Assembly (NCBI GenBank): GCA_052035325.1
Contig: JBPOHR010000003.1
Location: 1-60,445, forward strand
DNA from: Patescibacteria group bacterium
GTDB taxonomy: Bacteria; Patescibacteriota; Microgenomatia; UBA1400; PJMF01
Direction: 5' to 3'
DNA length: 60,445 nt
In this document: positions 9,340-18,118 of the stretch, piece after piece
Position numbering within the stretch: the stretch's first letter is position 1
Layout of the letters: every line of letters starts with the position of its first letter
Made by a program: the position numbers and the translations under genes
Notes under the pieces: model-generated
The model's database searches: none
What the model was told of the DNA's origin: nothing
The model's input: only the letters and a program-made list of their open reading frames with translations

Positions 9340-11058
9340 TTATTTAGTCTTTGCCACAACCGGTGGATCGTAGATCACTAAGCTATACCCGTCATTTCCA
9401 TCTTGATAGGTAGTCTTCTCCAACACACGATATGTTTGGGGAATAACGCAATTTTCTCGAATCACAAACAAAACATTTTTACGTGGTTCGATTGGACAAC
9501 TATCAGGGCTAAAATAGTACTTTCCCAGTGAGTATTCTGGCAAAGAGCGCAATGGATACGATGTTTGCAACAATTGCGGCGCGATGAGTCCTTCCAGCGC
9601 GAGATAGACATATGGTTGCCCTGTAAATCGCCCCACACGAATTGTCTCAAAGTCACTTTGACGTCCAGCAACGGCTTCTGCCATGGTGGTGTCGGCATAG
9701 TTACGATGCCACGGATGGTAATACGTCTGAAAAATACTAAACTGATGTATGAAATATCCAATTCCCCACCCATAACCAATCAACACAATGAGACCGAGCA
9801 ACCAGATAGAAAGGCGAACTATCAATGATTTATGCTCAGATCGAATGTGCTGAAGTGTCCGTTCCAACGTAACTGAAATAAAATACAGTAACGGTACAAT
9901 CATCCAAAAGCTGCGTATGGTACTTGGCACTTCTTGGGTCGTGATTGCAGCTGGCAACGGTGCAACACAAAGCCAGATCGTAAAAAAGACTGCAAGCTGT
10001 CTCTGACGCAAGGTGTTTTTTTGTTGAAAAGCTAAGACAATCCCAACCAATAGAAGCGGTAATTCAATCAAGTAGAACAACCCATGAAATGGTACTACGT
10101 AACGATTGGGTTCGCCGCCTGAGAGAAACAGGAAATCAATAGTCAGATGTTGGGTGTAAATCCCACCCATCGAAAAAAGGGCATTAATAATTTTGTTGTG
10201 ATACGCCCGAATGAGTAGTCTCGCCTCGTGGGGTGTTGCTGTCTTGATCTGTTCATCCATCAACAAAAATGCATCACCTTTGGTAAAGACATTGAGCTCG
10301 TTAAACCGCGCCAAACCAGCAGATGCCATAAATGTCACCCCAAGTGTCAGCACTGTCGTCAGTACGATTACCAATACAGGCAAGAGGATCGTCTTTTTCC
10401 ATGACTGCATCACCCACAATACCGCCACTATCAACAGTGGCAGCACCACTTTAGCACTGTGGTAGCTATACATAGTTAAAGCGGCTGTAATAGCAAATAC
10501 ACTTAGATATAGGACCTTTGTCAGCCACTTGCTAGTGGACTGCATGCTATCAATCAATCGTGTCAGCACATACAAGCTAGCCAGGCCAAAAAAGAACGCC
10601 GCAATCACTTCTTGGGTGCTCCGAGATACGATGATATGCCACGGCGATAGTGTCATCAGTAGCGTGATCAACACACTCTGCTCTTCCGAGACCTTGAGCT
10701 GTTGCAGTAAGAGATACAAGATTCCAAGCGATGCAATGCCTAGGAGTGCGGTGGGCAATCGTGCCGCCCAGATTGAAGTACCAAGCAGCGAAATAAACGG
10801 TATCTGTAGATAGGAAATCAACGCAGGTTTGGGATCAATAAATGAGTTGAGAAATAATGGGTAACCTCGTCCATCTTCATCCATGCCTGTCTGGCGAATC
10901 ATCATCGCGTTGTAGAAGAAAGAAGCCTCGTCATTGTGAAAGCCTGCAGGCAGGGAAGGCAAATGGTATAGCCTTGTCACGAGTGCAAGGATTACGATGA
11001 ACAGAGAAAGTAAGAGAATCATTAACTGAGTTTTGGCGAAAAATCGATGCATAATCAC
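9340..11058 (-). CDS. ArnT/PMT-like (GT-C, family 39/83) membrane glycosyltransferase
   Basis: RLYHL..LPAGFHNDEA..FYNA..IRQTGMDEDGRGYP with the conserved DE pair; many TM helices; SPWH motif. Confidence 0.88.
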   Translation of the reverse strand: MIMHRFFAKTQLMILLLSLFIVILALVTRLYHLPSLPAGFHNDEASFFYNAMMIRQTGMDEDGRGYPLFLNSFIDPKPALISYLQIPFISLLGTSIWAARLPTALLGIASLGILYLLLQQLKVSEEQSVLITLLMTLSPWHIIVSRSTQEVIAAFFFGLASLYVLTRLIDSMQSTSKWLTKVLYLSVFAITAALTMYSYHSAKVVLPLLIVAVLWVMQSWKKTILLPVLVIVLTTVLTLGVTFMASAGLARFNELNVFTKGDAFLLMDEQIKTATPHEARLLIRAYHNKIINALFSMGGIYTQHLTIDFLFLSGGEPNRYVVPFHGLFYLIELPLLLVGIVLAFQQKNTLRQRQLAVFFTIWLCVAPLPAAITTQEVPSTIRSFWMIVPLLYFISVTLERTLQHIRSEHKSLIVRLSIWLLGLIVLIGYGWGIGYFIHQFSIFQTYYHPWHRNYADTTMAEAVAGRQSDFETIRVGRFTGQPYVYLALEGLIAPQLLQTSYPLRSLPEYSLGKYYFSPDSCPIEPRKNVLFVIRENCVIPQTYRVLEKTTYQDGNDGYSLVIYDPPVVAKTK

Positions 11059-11182
11059 CTAGCAGTATATGCTCTGTTTTCTTACATTTCTATATATCGT
11101 ACAGGTCACCCTGCTTGCGTGGATAGGGTGTGGGTGTTATATAGAGAGTGATTTTGTTAGAATCTAAAGTTGTAGAAACAGG

Positions 11183-11256
11183 GCGGGATTAGTTCACTGG
11201 TAGAATGATTCCTTCCCAAGGAATAGAAGCGGGTCCGATTCCCGTATCCCGCTCCA
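11183..11256 (+). tRNA. tRNA-Gly (CCC), CCA encoded, T loop TCCGATT
   Basis: Acceptor GCGGGAT/ATCCCGC, U73, CCA; anticodon arm ATTCC-TTCCCAA-GGAAT; promoter TGT-TAGAAT at 11155-11163. Confidence 0.96.
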
Positions 11257-11371
11257 TAAGTAACAGAAATAAATAGCAATTTACATTGACTGATCCAAAA
11301 TTTGAAACTAATGATAGAGCTTTTATACCTGCTCATAGTAGTGCGCCTGGTGTTTTTGGTATCATTTCTGT

Positions 11372-11818
11372 ATGAAAGACATTCATTTACATGCCAAGTG
11401 GCTTATCAAAGCTCCCCAAACGGAAGTGTTTAACATCATTACTGACTTTGAAAAATGGCCAGAATACTTTCCCAAAGTTGCAGCATCCATACAAGTTACC
11501 AAGCATGTTGGAAACAATCTGGAAATGAATGTAATAATTCATTCGTTTGGTCAAAAGTTTCCAGCAAAAATGAAAACTCAGATCCTTCCTGGAAAGGGCT
11601 TCATTTCAGATAACGAAAGCCCAAAATTTGGCACTTCTGGCCACGAAGAACTATTGCTCTCTGAAGATCTAGAGGGAACAATGATCGATTACACTTATCA
11701 AGTATCTATCCATAAACGCTGGCTCCGTATCGTTGCCAAACCACTTATTGGCTGGTTTTCTATGAAATATTGGGAAAAAGCTGTCATAGATGTACTTAAA
11801 AAAAGGCTAGAGAAATAA
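11372..11818 (+). CDS. SRPBCC/START-like (polyketide cyclase family) protein
   Basis: IKAPQTEVFNIITDFEKWPEYFPKV N-terminal signature and C-terminal helix; TGG-TATCAT 6 nt before ATG. Confidence 0.85.
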   Translation: MKDIHLHAKWLIKAPQTEVFNIITDFEKWPEYFPKVAASIQVTKHVGNNLEMNVIIHSFGQKFPAKMKTQILPGKGFISDNESPKFGTSGHEELLLSEDLEGTMIDYTYQVSIHKRWLRIVAKPLIGWFSMKYWEKAVIDVLKKRLEK

Positions 11819-11948
11819 TCGTATGAAATTTTTTTGCACCCGACATCCAGCCGAAATGACGCTTGCTTTGTAATGCAAAAGATGTAACCTACTTTCAAAT
11901 ATGCTAGATTTCTCGATAGATCTACCGATCAAAAATTGAAAGGAAATA

Positions 11949-12386
11949 ATGCCAATACCACCAGGAGCAGAACGTCATCGGCAACTTGTAGATGAGCTAT
12001 CAACAGATTTTGAACTAGTAGCTCGAACGATTGATTTGGTGAGTCGTCTTGTAGAAAGGTACGATAGGCAATACCTAGAAGACACTATTAATGATGCTGA
12101 GGATAGAATTACCGAAATTTCTGCACTACTAAAAGACACAGCTGAGATGCAGTTGCTCACACCCGATCAGATTAGTATGCTTTGCCTTGGTCATGCTCAA
12201 TATCAACAGGTAATAGCTTTTTGCCAATTAGCGTTGGCTGTCCAAAGTGGTGCAATTAATATTGCTGATCTCAGGGCACAACCAAATCATCAACTGCTTC
12301 GAGATATATACTATACAAATATCTTGGTGAAGTTAGCCGAACCAACAGGTGCCCTGGGAGTTTCCATGGCATCTGTAACAGATTAA
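11949..12386 (+). CDS. Hypothetical all-helical protein (145 aa)
   Basis: ORF with SD AAAGGA and upstream TGC-TAGATT; no recognisable family. Confidence 0.72.
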   Translation: MPIPPGAERHRQLVDELSTDFELVARTIDLVSRLVERYDRQYLEDTINDAEDRITEISALLKDTAEMQLLTPDQISMLCLGHAQYQQVIAFCQLALAVQSGAINIADLRAQPNHQLLRDIYYTNILVKLAEPTGALGVSMASVTD

Positions 12387-12730
12387 ACTGAGATATTGCT
12401 GGGTATTCTACCAAACATTTCAAACCCTTCACCTGGATGACCAAAAGCTTGTTATCTCAATGAGATTATTCCTGTTTCTGCAAATTTTGCTTGGCTTATT
12501 GGTGATAAAACAGAGGTCCAAAATTCATCCTACATCAGCTCTTCATGCCTGGCAGAATCAATCATTCCATTATTTTGCAACTGTTTTAGACTTGTAATCT
12601 TAATACTCGTTTCGCTCCGAGAAATAATTGCATCTGTTCCAGACATATTGCAAGCATTTTGTACCAAAACAATATCAATGCAACTCTTTGACGTATTTAG
12701 ATATAGAGTAATAGATACTTGAACCGTCAT
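12383..12730 (-). pseudogene. Possible pseudogene: 116-codon frame with two internal stops
   Basis: The frame from ATG 12730 reads through TAG 12530-12532 and TAA 12452-12454 to TAA 12383-12385, which overlaps the stop of the convergent gene; no homology recognised. Confidence 0.35.
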
Positions 12731-12751
12731 ATTAACAAGGAAATAACAACG

Positions 12752-13132
12752 TCAGTCAGGTTCTAGAACCAAATTAAATCCAACAACTGCCGCAACGCTG
12801 ATCTCACCAAGCTCACCTGCGCCCTCTGTCTGTGGAGTTTTAAGTTGTGGGCGCTCGCGAACATACACAATCACTTCCTTTTGACGCAGTTCACGAATTT
12901 TGTTGGCTTCTGCAAATATCACAAACTTTCCATTGAGCATAACAATCAGCGCATCGGGTCCAAGTATGCTGATGATCATATCTTTTGCTGTCTTAGCGTC
13001 AAAAGAAGTATTTAACTTAATCTCCCAAGAAGGAAACTGTAATTGCCTTTCCCTAGCCCTGGCTTGTCGCTGCTCGACACGATGTGCTGCATACTCAGCA
13101 ACAGCTGACCCAATTTGGCGAAATATTTCCAT
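12752..13132 (-). CDS. Hypothetical protein (126 aa)
   Basis: SD GAGGG before ATG and a TATACT box at 13154-13159 (minus strand); no recognisable family. Confidence 0.7.
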   Translation of the reverse strand: MEIFRQIGSAVAEYAAHRVEQRQARARERQLQFPSWEIKLNTSFDAKTAKDMIISILGPDALIVMLNGKFVIFAEANKIRELRQKEVIVYVRERPQLKTPQTEGAGELGEISVAAVVGFNLVLEPD

Positions 13133-13189
13133 ATACCCTCGTATTATTCATAAAGTATATCCAATTTCTTGATATACTACATACATCTA

Positions 13190-13262
13190 GCCTGTGTAGC
13201 TCAGTTGGTAGAGCGGCGGTATCGTAAACCGCAGGTCGTCGGTCCGATCCCGACCGCAGGCT
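13190..13262 (+). tRNA. tRNA-Thr (CGT), CCA not encoded, T loop TCCGATC, A32
   Basis: Acceptor GCCTGTG/CGCAGGC, D arm GCTC-AGTTGGTA-GAGC, anticodon arm GCGGT-ATCGTAA-ACCGC; promoter TGA-TATACT at 13170-13178. Confidence 0.95.
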
Positions 13263-13315
13263 CACATAGCATACAATCTACATCTCTTCCGTAGACGAGG
13301 TATACTATATAAACT

Positions 13316-14017
13316 ATGGTGTCTTCCCGATTAGCTCGCCACGAACAAGAAAAATTATTGACCCAGACTCTCCTGTTCATTGTCGGAGCAATTGTCCTGG
13401 CATTACTCTTCATTTTCGTGGTATTACCTGGATTTGTGCGCTTAGTGACAGGTTCAAATGCCGTCTCGCCTCTTGGTAGTAGTGACACAATTCCTCCTCA
13501 AATACCGGTACTCGCTCCTCCGCCAGAGGCTACACCAAGCGCACAGATTGCTTTGACCGGCTACGGTGAGGCTAAATCATCTGTGGTACTCGTGCTGAAC
13601 GGCACACAACAAGGTGAAGCACCAATTGGTGATGATGGCGCATTTAGTATCGACGTCCCACTTACTGAAGGTGAAAACATGGTGGCAATTTTCGCACGTG
13701 ATGAAGCTGGCAATGAATCAAACACCACCAATCCCATTACCATTATCCAAGACACTACCGCTCCCAAACTCGAAGTAAACGAGCCCCAGGATGCCCAACA
13801 GGTAGAGTTGCGACGCAATCAGGTTATCACCGTCAAAGGTGCAACTGATCCAGGCACAACGGTGACATTAAATGGTCGACGCGTCTTCACACAGGCAGAT
13901 GGTAGTTTTACGACAACTTTTCAACTCCAAGAAGGTGACAACACGTTACAGTTTGTGGCAATGGATAAAGCTGGCAATAAATCAGAAAAAGCAGTAGCTG
14001 TCCACTTTAAGCTCTAA
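13316..14017 (+). CDS. Membrane-anchored protein with two bacterial Ig-like domains
   Basis: N-terminal TM, Pro-rich linker, two repeats ending LTEGEN..AIFARDEAGNES and LQEGDN.LQFVAMDKAGNKS. Confidence 0.85.
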   Translation: MVSSRLARHEQEKLLTQTLLFIVGAIVLALLFIFVVLPGFVRLVTGSNAVSPLGSSDTIPPQIPVLAPPPEATPSAQIALTGYGEAKSSVVLVLNGTQQGEAPIGDDGAFSIDVPLTEGENMVAIFARDEAGNESNTTNPITIIQDTTAPKLEVNEPQDAQQVELRRNQVITVKGATDPGTTVTLNGRRVFTQADGSFTTTFQLQEGDNTLQFVAMDKAGNKSEKAVAVHFKL

Positions 14018-15179
14018 TTTTCCGCCCAAGAAACGTTAGTATTAGTAGCCAACACCAAATAAACGGTTCAAAAAGTGACGTATTTACTAGACTGTGGATT
14101 AACACAGCCACCCACATTGCCTGTAGCCAAGTAGGCCATCCCAACCATTCTGCCCGATGCATGTACAGAATCCACAGCACAATCGCAGTACCAACAAAAC
14201 CAATTCCACTGATCAGTAAAACAACCAATGAATCTGGCACCTGACTCGTGTCAGCAAGAGCGAATGTGTCATTTTCTCTCAGAGGCTGCACAACTAATCC
14301 TCTCCCGATTAACCACTGATAGGGGCGTAGCTCACGCAACCAGGTTTGCGAAGCATCCGCACGGGCGATGACACTGGCAGTTCGTGCCAATTTAACACCC
14401 TCACCACCCGGGCGTGGTGCGATCAGGATTCCTAGTAAGACCCCAATCACCACACAACCCATACCCAGTAATTGAATTGTCCGCAGTGAGCTTTTACGCA
14501 AAATGAGCACAAGTGAAGCCACTGCCAACGCTAGCCAGCTTGCTCTCGAGAATGTCAGTCCTAGCGCAATCCCAGTCATGATTAATGCCATACTTCGCCA
14601 TGCGGTGTGACGCAAAAAATCTCGACTCCACCAGAGCCCAATCATCACCAATAGCAAGCCAGAAAAATTAGGATCAAAGAGCGTCCCAATGAGCCGAAAA
14701 TAATGATCATCCCACCCAAGTGGTGCAAGCCAACGCGTGTCAGGAAAAATAACATACTGCAAGATTCCAATACCTATCCAAATTGCAAAGAACACACTCA
14801 ACCACTTTTGTCTGGTGAAGTGCTTCAGATGTGCTGCGACACTCCAACTAGCTAATGCATAGGTTATCAATCGTACAGTCCAGAATATAGGTCTTATTAC
14901 CTCTGCTAGTGAGGTAGCTGCCATAATCCAACCAAAGCCTATCCAAATACTTACCATCAAAACCCATATCGGGATTCCCCACCATTTCTTGCTGAATCTA
15001 AGCACTGATCTGTTTTTCCAGACGGCATATCCTGCCAAGATAACTGCGAAGATGTCATGTACATACACGGCAATACTCGGTGATAGTTGTATTCTCTGCA
15101 ACTGACCCAATGTGAGCAGTGCTAGCCAACTTGCTACAGTGATAGAGCTAAGTATCAGATTAGGAGTGAGTCTTTTCAT
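14007..15179 (-). CDS. O-antigen ligase / Wzy-like polytopic membrane protein
   Basis: RLIGTLFDPNFSG, LTFSRASWLAL, LIGRG, HSLVNTSLFEP motifs. Confidence 0.8.
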   Translation of the reverse strand: MKRLTPNLILSSITVASWLALLTLGQLQRIQLSPSIAVYVHDIFAVILAGYAVWKNRSVLRFSKKWWGIPIWVLMVSIWIGFGWIMAATSLAEVIRPIFWTVRLITYALASWSVAAHLKHFTRQKWLSVFFAIWIGIGILQYVIFPDTRWLAPLGWDDHYFRLIGTLFDPNFSGLLLVMIGLWWSRDFLRHTAWRSMALIMTGIALGLTFSRASWLALAVASLVLILRKSSLRTIQLLGMGCVVIGVLLGILIAPRPGGEGVKLARTASVIARADASQTWLRELRPYQWLIGRGLVVQPLRENDTFALADTSQVPDSLVVLLISGIGFVGTAIVLWILYMHRAEWLGWPTWLQAMWVAVLIHSLVNTSLFEPFIWCWLLILTFLGRKIRA

Positions 15180-15936
15180 ATAAAAACGCTCGAACCAACC
15201 ACGAATGCCAACTCATCACTACCGTATAGACAATGCCATGCCATCCATCTCGCCATGCTTGATGACGTAGTATATTCCATACTGTTTTCCCCATGGGATG
15301 CAGTACCAACTGCCAAAGTGAAAAATGTAGTCCCTGTTCGAATCGATGTTGCGCTTCAAGTTCTGCATACCAGGCGACCGAGTGTAAAAAATCCTTGAGT
15401 GTTGCATGTGGGGCATGATGCAATACCACATGCGAATCCAGTACATCGAGATCTGTTTCCACTACTTCATGCACAGGACGCGCGAAGTGGGCAGTAGTCG
15501 TATGCAATAGTCGAATCATCCGTGGTGGACGCGCTTCACCCCAGTGTAGCGTCCGGCCATGCCACTGATCAACACGTTGGAAAGAGACTGCCCCGTATCG
15601 TGAATCAGCCTGCGCCGTATTCAATATCTTTGCATACACTTCCTGATCGTCCTCCCACCATTCGTCACTATCGATATGCAACACCCAGTCATTGATTGCC
15701 AAAGCTGAGCCTTCATTGCGAGTCTTCGCAAAATTTGTAAGCTTTGACACAGGATGAACGGTTACCTGTGGAAAATCATCCTGGAGCACAGATTGGTTTA
15801 ACTGCTGCCTACTGTCCAACAACACAATTTGACTTGCCCAAGCAACTGATCTCAAACATCGTCGCAGATCAGGAGTATCTTCATCAACAATACACACAAC
15901 AGTAATGGGCAATACAGATTTAAGGAAAGCGGACAT
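15160..15936 (-). CDS. GT2 glycosyltransferase (WaaE/KdtX-like)
   Basis: NFAKTRN, WVLHIDSDE (DxD), RLLH...F.RPVHE, Y..LEA motifs; start set at ATG 15936. Confidence 0.88.
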   Translation of the reverse strand: MSAFLKSVLPITVVCIVDEDTPDLRRCLRSVAWASQIVLLDSRQQLNQSVLQDDFPQVTVHPVSKLTNFAKTRNEGSALAINDWVLHIDSDEWWEDDQEVYAKILNTAQADSRYGAVSFQRVDQWHGRTLHWGEARPPRMIRLLHTTTAHFARPVHEVVETDLDVLDSHVVLHHAPHATLKDFLHSVAWYAELEAQHRFEQGLHFSLWQLVLHPMGKTVWNILRHQAWRDGWHGIVYTVVMSWHSWLVRAFLYEKTHS

Positions 15937-16837
15937 AAAGCGTTTCTCGGTCAAGCGGTACGCTGATCATACCGGGATGGACACGCAACGTCGAGGTGGG
16001 CCTATCGATAATTGCTACGATTTTTGCCCAATCCAAATTGGAGTCTGATACCACTGTCACCTGATGTTCGGGAGGTAATGCTTTGGCAATGAAACCATAG
16101 GTTGGCGCTAATTGTACTTGACCATCTGAATTGGTGCGACGGATTTGTACGACTTGATTTCCCACCAGCTGATGCAAAATGAACAGCTCCTGGCGGTGTT
16201 CTCTAATCGTATTTGGGATAGTTGGTACTATATGGAGTAGCCAACCAACACAAACGAAACTGTATAGTAGTGTTACACCTAGGAATACTTGTTGTCGCCC
16301 TCGAGGCAAACCACTATATCCTATTCCAGCCAACAAGCTAATCATGGGGCTCAAGAGTGTTGCGATTGTTTGCCAGGGTAGTTGTAGTATGAGAGCGCTG
16401 GCAATTGTAAGTACGCATACGGTAGCACAAACTTGACCAAGCACCTTTATTGGAGCGTGGGAGCGCTGCCACCAAACAATTCCTGCCATGAATAGCACAA
16501 GTGCGAAGAGCATCACAGTTACACCACTGAGAGTCCGCCCAGCTATGACTGCATTTGGACTAATCGCCATGAGTAGTGCAGCAATCACCGCTGCTTTTTG
16601 CTGTTTAATACTCGCTAGTATCTCGTAGACAATAATCACTAGACAAATACTAATGACCACATTGACCCAACTAACTAGTACAAGATGTTGTGTTATCGAC
16701 TTTTCAAGGTGCATTAGCTGAAGTAGATAGACAAATGTACCAGAAATATATGAATAGCGACTTAGATCAAAAGTTCTAAGTACTGTAGCAACACAAACAA
16801 CTAGTGAAATAGAAATTAGATTCCAAGATTTAATCAT
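15920..16837 (-). CDS. Membrane protein, shortened ArnT/PMT-like fold lacking an obvious DE motif
   Basis: TM1 ending in VLR, IAALLMAISP..VIAGR segment as in GT-C family 39; only 305 aa. Confidence 0.6.
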   Translation of the reverse strand: MIKSWNLISISLVVCVATVLRTFDLSRYSYISGTFVYLLQLMHLEKSITQHLVLVSWVNVVISICLVIIVYEILASIKQQKAAVIAALLMAISPNAVIAGRTLSGVTVMLFALVLFMAGIVWWQRSHAPIKVLGQVCATVCVLTIASALILQLPWQTIATLLSPMISLLAGIGYSGLPRGRQQVFLGVTLLYSFVCVGWLLHIVPTIPNTIREHRQELFILHQLVGNQVVQIRRTNSDGQVQLAPTYGFIAKALPPEHQVTVVSDSNLDWAKIVAIIDRPTSTLRVHPGMISVPLDRETLYVRFP

Positions 16838-18089
16838 GACGGCATTTTAGTTCTGACCACATCAGCCAGGCCAGTACCGGTAGTGTAGCAATGCGGGAAA
16901 ATGCTAATCCAACAACAGCTCCATAGACACCGGCGCGAGGTGTCAAGATAATAATCGCCGAGACCATACTAATAAAGCTCAAAAACTGATGGAAATTCAT
17001 AGCTTTTAGAGAATTGCGTGCCAGCAGCACACTGTAAGACACCATAAAGATAGCTTGAGTCAAACCTGCCACCATCAGCCATCGCACAAGCTCGATAGCG
17101 CCATCCCACTTATCACCAAATACCAAGGGAATGAAAAAGCCGGGTGCGACCAACAATGGTACCGAAAGCAATCCAGCAAACCCGAGTACGCCAACGAGTG
17201 ACTTCAACAATGCTCGTCGTAGACGTTGCTTATCAGTAGCGATTTGCGTCAGAGCTGGCAATGCACCGTGATGCAACGATTTGGCAACCTCATAGGTCGG
17301 CTCATGCGCCAGACTATACGTTGGTTGGTATAAGCCCAACGAGAATGTCCCTGCCAGTTTGCCAATCAACAAATTGTCTACATTTTCATTCAGATACCCC
17401 AACACACTTGAGATGGCAAAACCCTTGGCACTTTGTAAAATGACTTTCGCTCGAGCAGCACTATAGGCGAAGTGTGGCCGTGTGCGAAAGAATAGGAAAG
17501 AAATAGTGACTTCAACTACTGCTGACACAATCAACCCTAGTATCCAACCCACAACACCTTGTAGCCACCAGACTAGACAAATTGCCGCGATTGATTCAAC
17601 CACTCGTAACGTAAACTGATACAACGTATCTGCCCGAAACTTGAAGTTTTTGCGTAAATTAATAATTGCTGGATTGATAAAGCCTTTGATAACGGGTACT
17701 AGCGCAGCAATGGCGGTCAAATATAACAATTCTGGTTTTTGGTACAAATGCTGCAAACCCACACCAAGCAAAATCATTACCAAACCGACCAAAAACCCTC
17801 GCACGATTGCAATAATCCAGGCCGTACTTACGTAGTAGGAGATGCTCTCCCGTGTCCGCAGGAGTGTAGTATTAACACCTGTCTCCATTGCTGCTTCTGT
17901 CACTCCTAATGCAATCATTACCAAGGAAAACACACCAAAATCCTCTGGTCCTAACAATCGAGCTAGAATAGCGATTTTTCCGACAACAATTAGGTTGAGT
18001 ACCACTTTGAGTGCTGTTTGCCACGAAAAACCGGATAGTACTTTTGTTTGATATCCCACACTCCTATTATTCACGTTTGGTCGTTGCAT
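16830..18089 (-). CDS. wzx: Polysaccharide/oligosaccharide flippase (Wzx/WzxC-like)
   Basis: ILARLLGPEDFGVF, NVDNLLIGKLAG..SLGLY, VFGDKW motifs; about 12 TMs. Confidence 0.9.
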   Translation of the reverse strand: MQRPNVNNRSVGYQTKVLSGFSWQTALKVVLNLIVVGKIAILARLLGPEDFGVFSLVMIALGVTEAAMETGVNTTLLRTRESISYYVSTAWIIAIVRGFLVGLVMILLGVGLQHLYQKPELLYLTAIAALVPVIKGFINPAIINLRKNFKFRADTLYQFTLRVVESIAAICLVWWLQGVVGWILGLIVSAVVEVTISFLFFRTRPHFAYSAARAKVILQSAKGFAISSVLGYLNENVDNLLIGKLAGTFSLGLYQPTYSLAHEPTYEVAKSLHHGALPALTQIATDKQRLRRALLKSLVGVLGFAGLLSVPLLVAPGFFIPLVFGDKWDGAIELVRWLMVAGLTQAIFMVSYSVLLARNSLKAMNFHQFLSFISMVSAIIILTPRAGVYGAVVGLAFSRIATLPVLAWLMWSELKCRHD

Positions 18090-18118
18090 CGCTACTAGTG
18101 AAAATAGATAATGACTGA

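Noticed and set aside
11183-11256. tRNA-Gly(CCC) as the ligand of the glyQS T-box
   Set aside because: The specifier is GGC, which requires anticodon GCC. That tRNA is not in this window.
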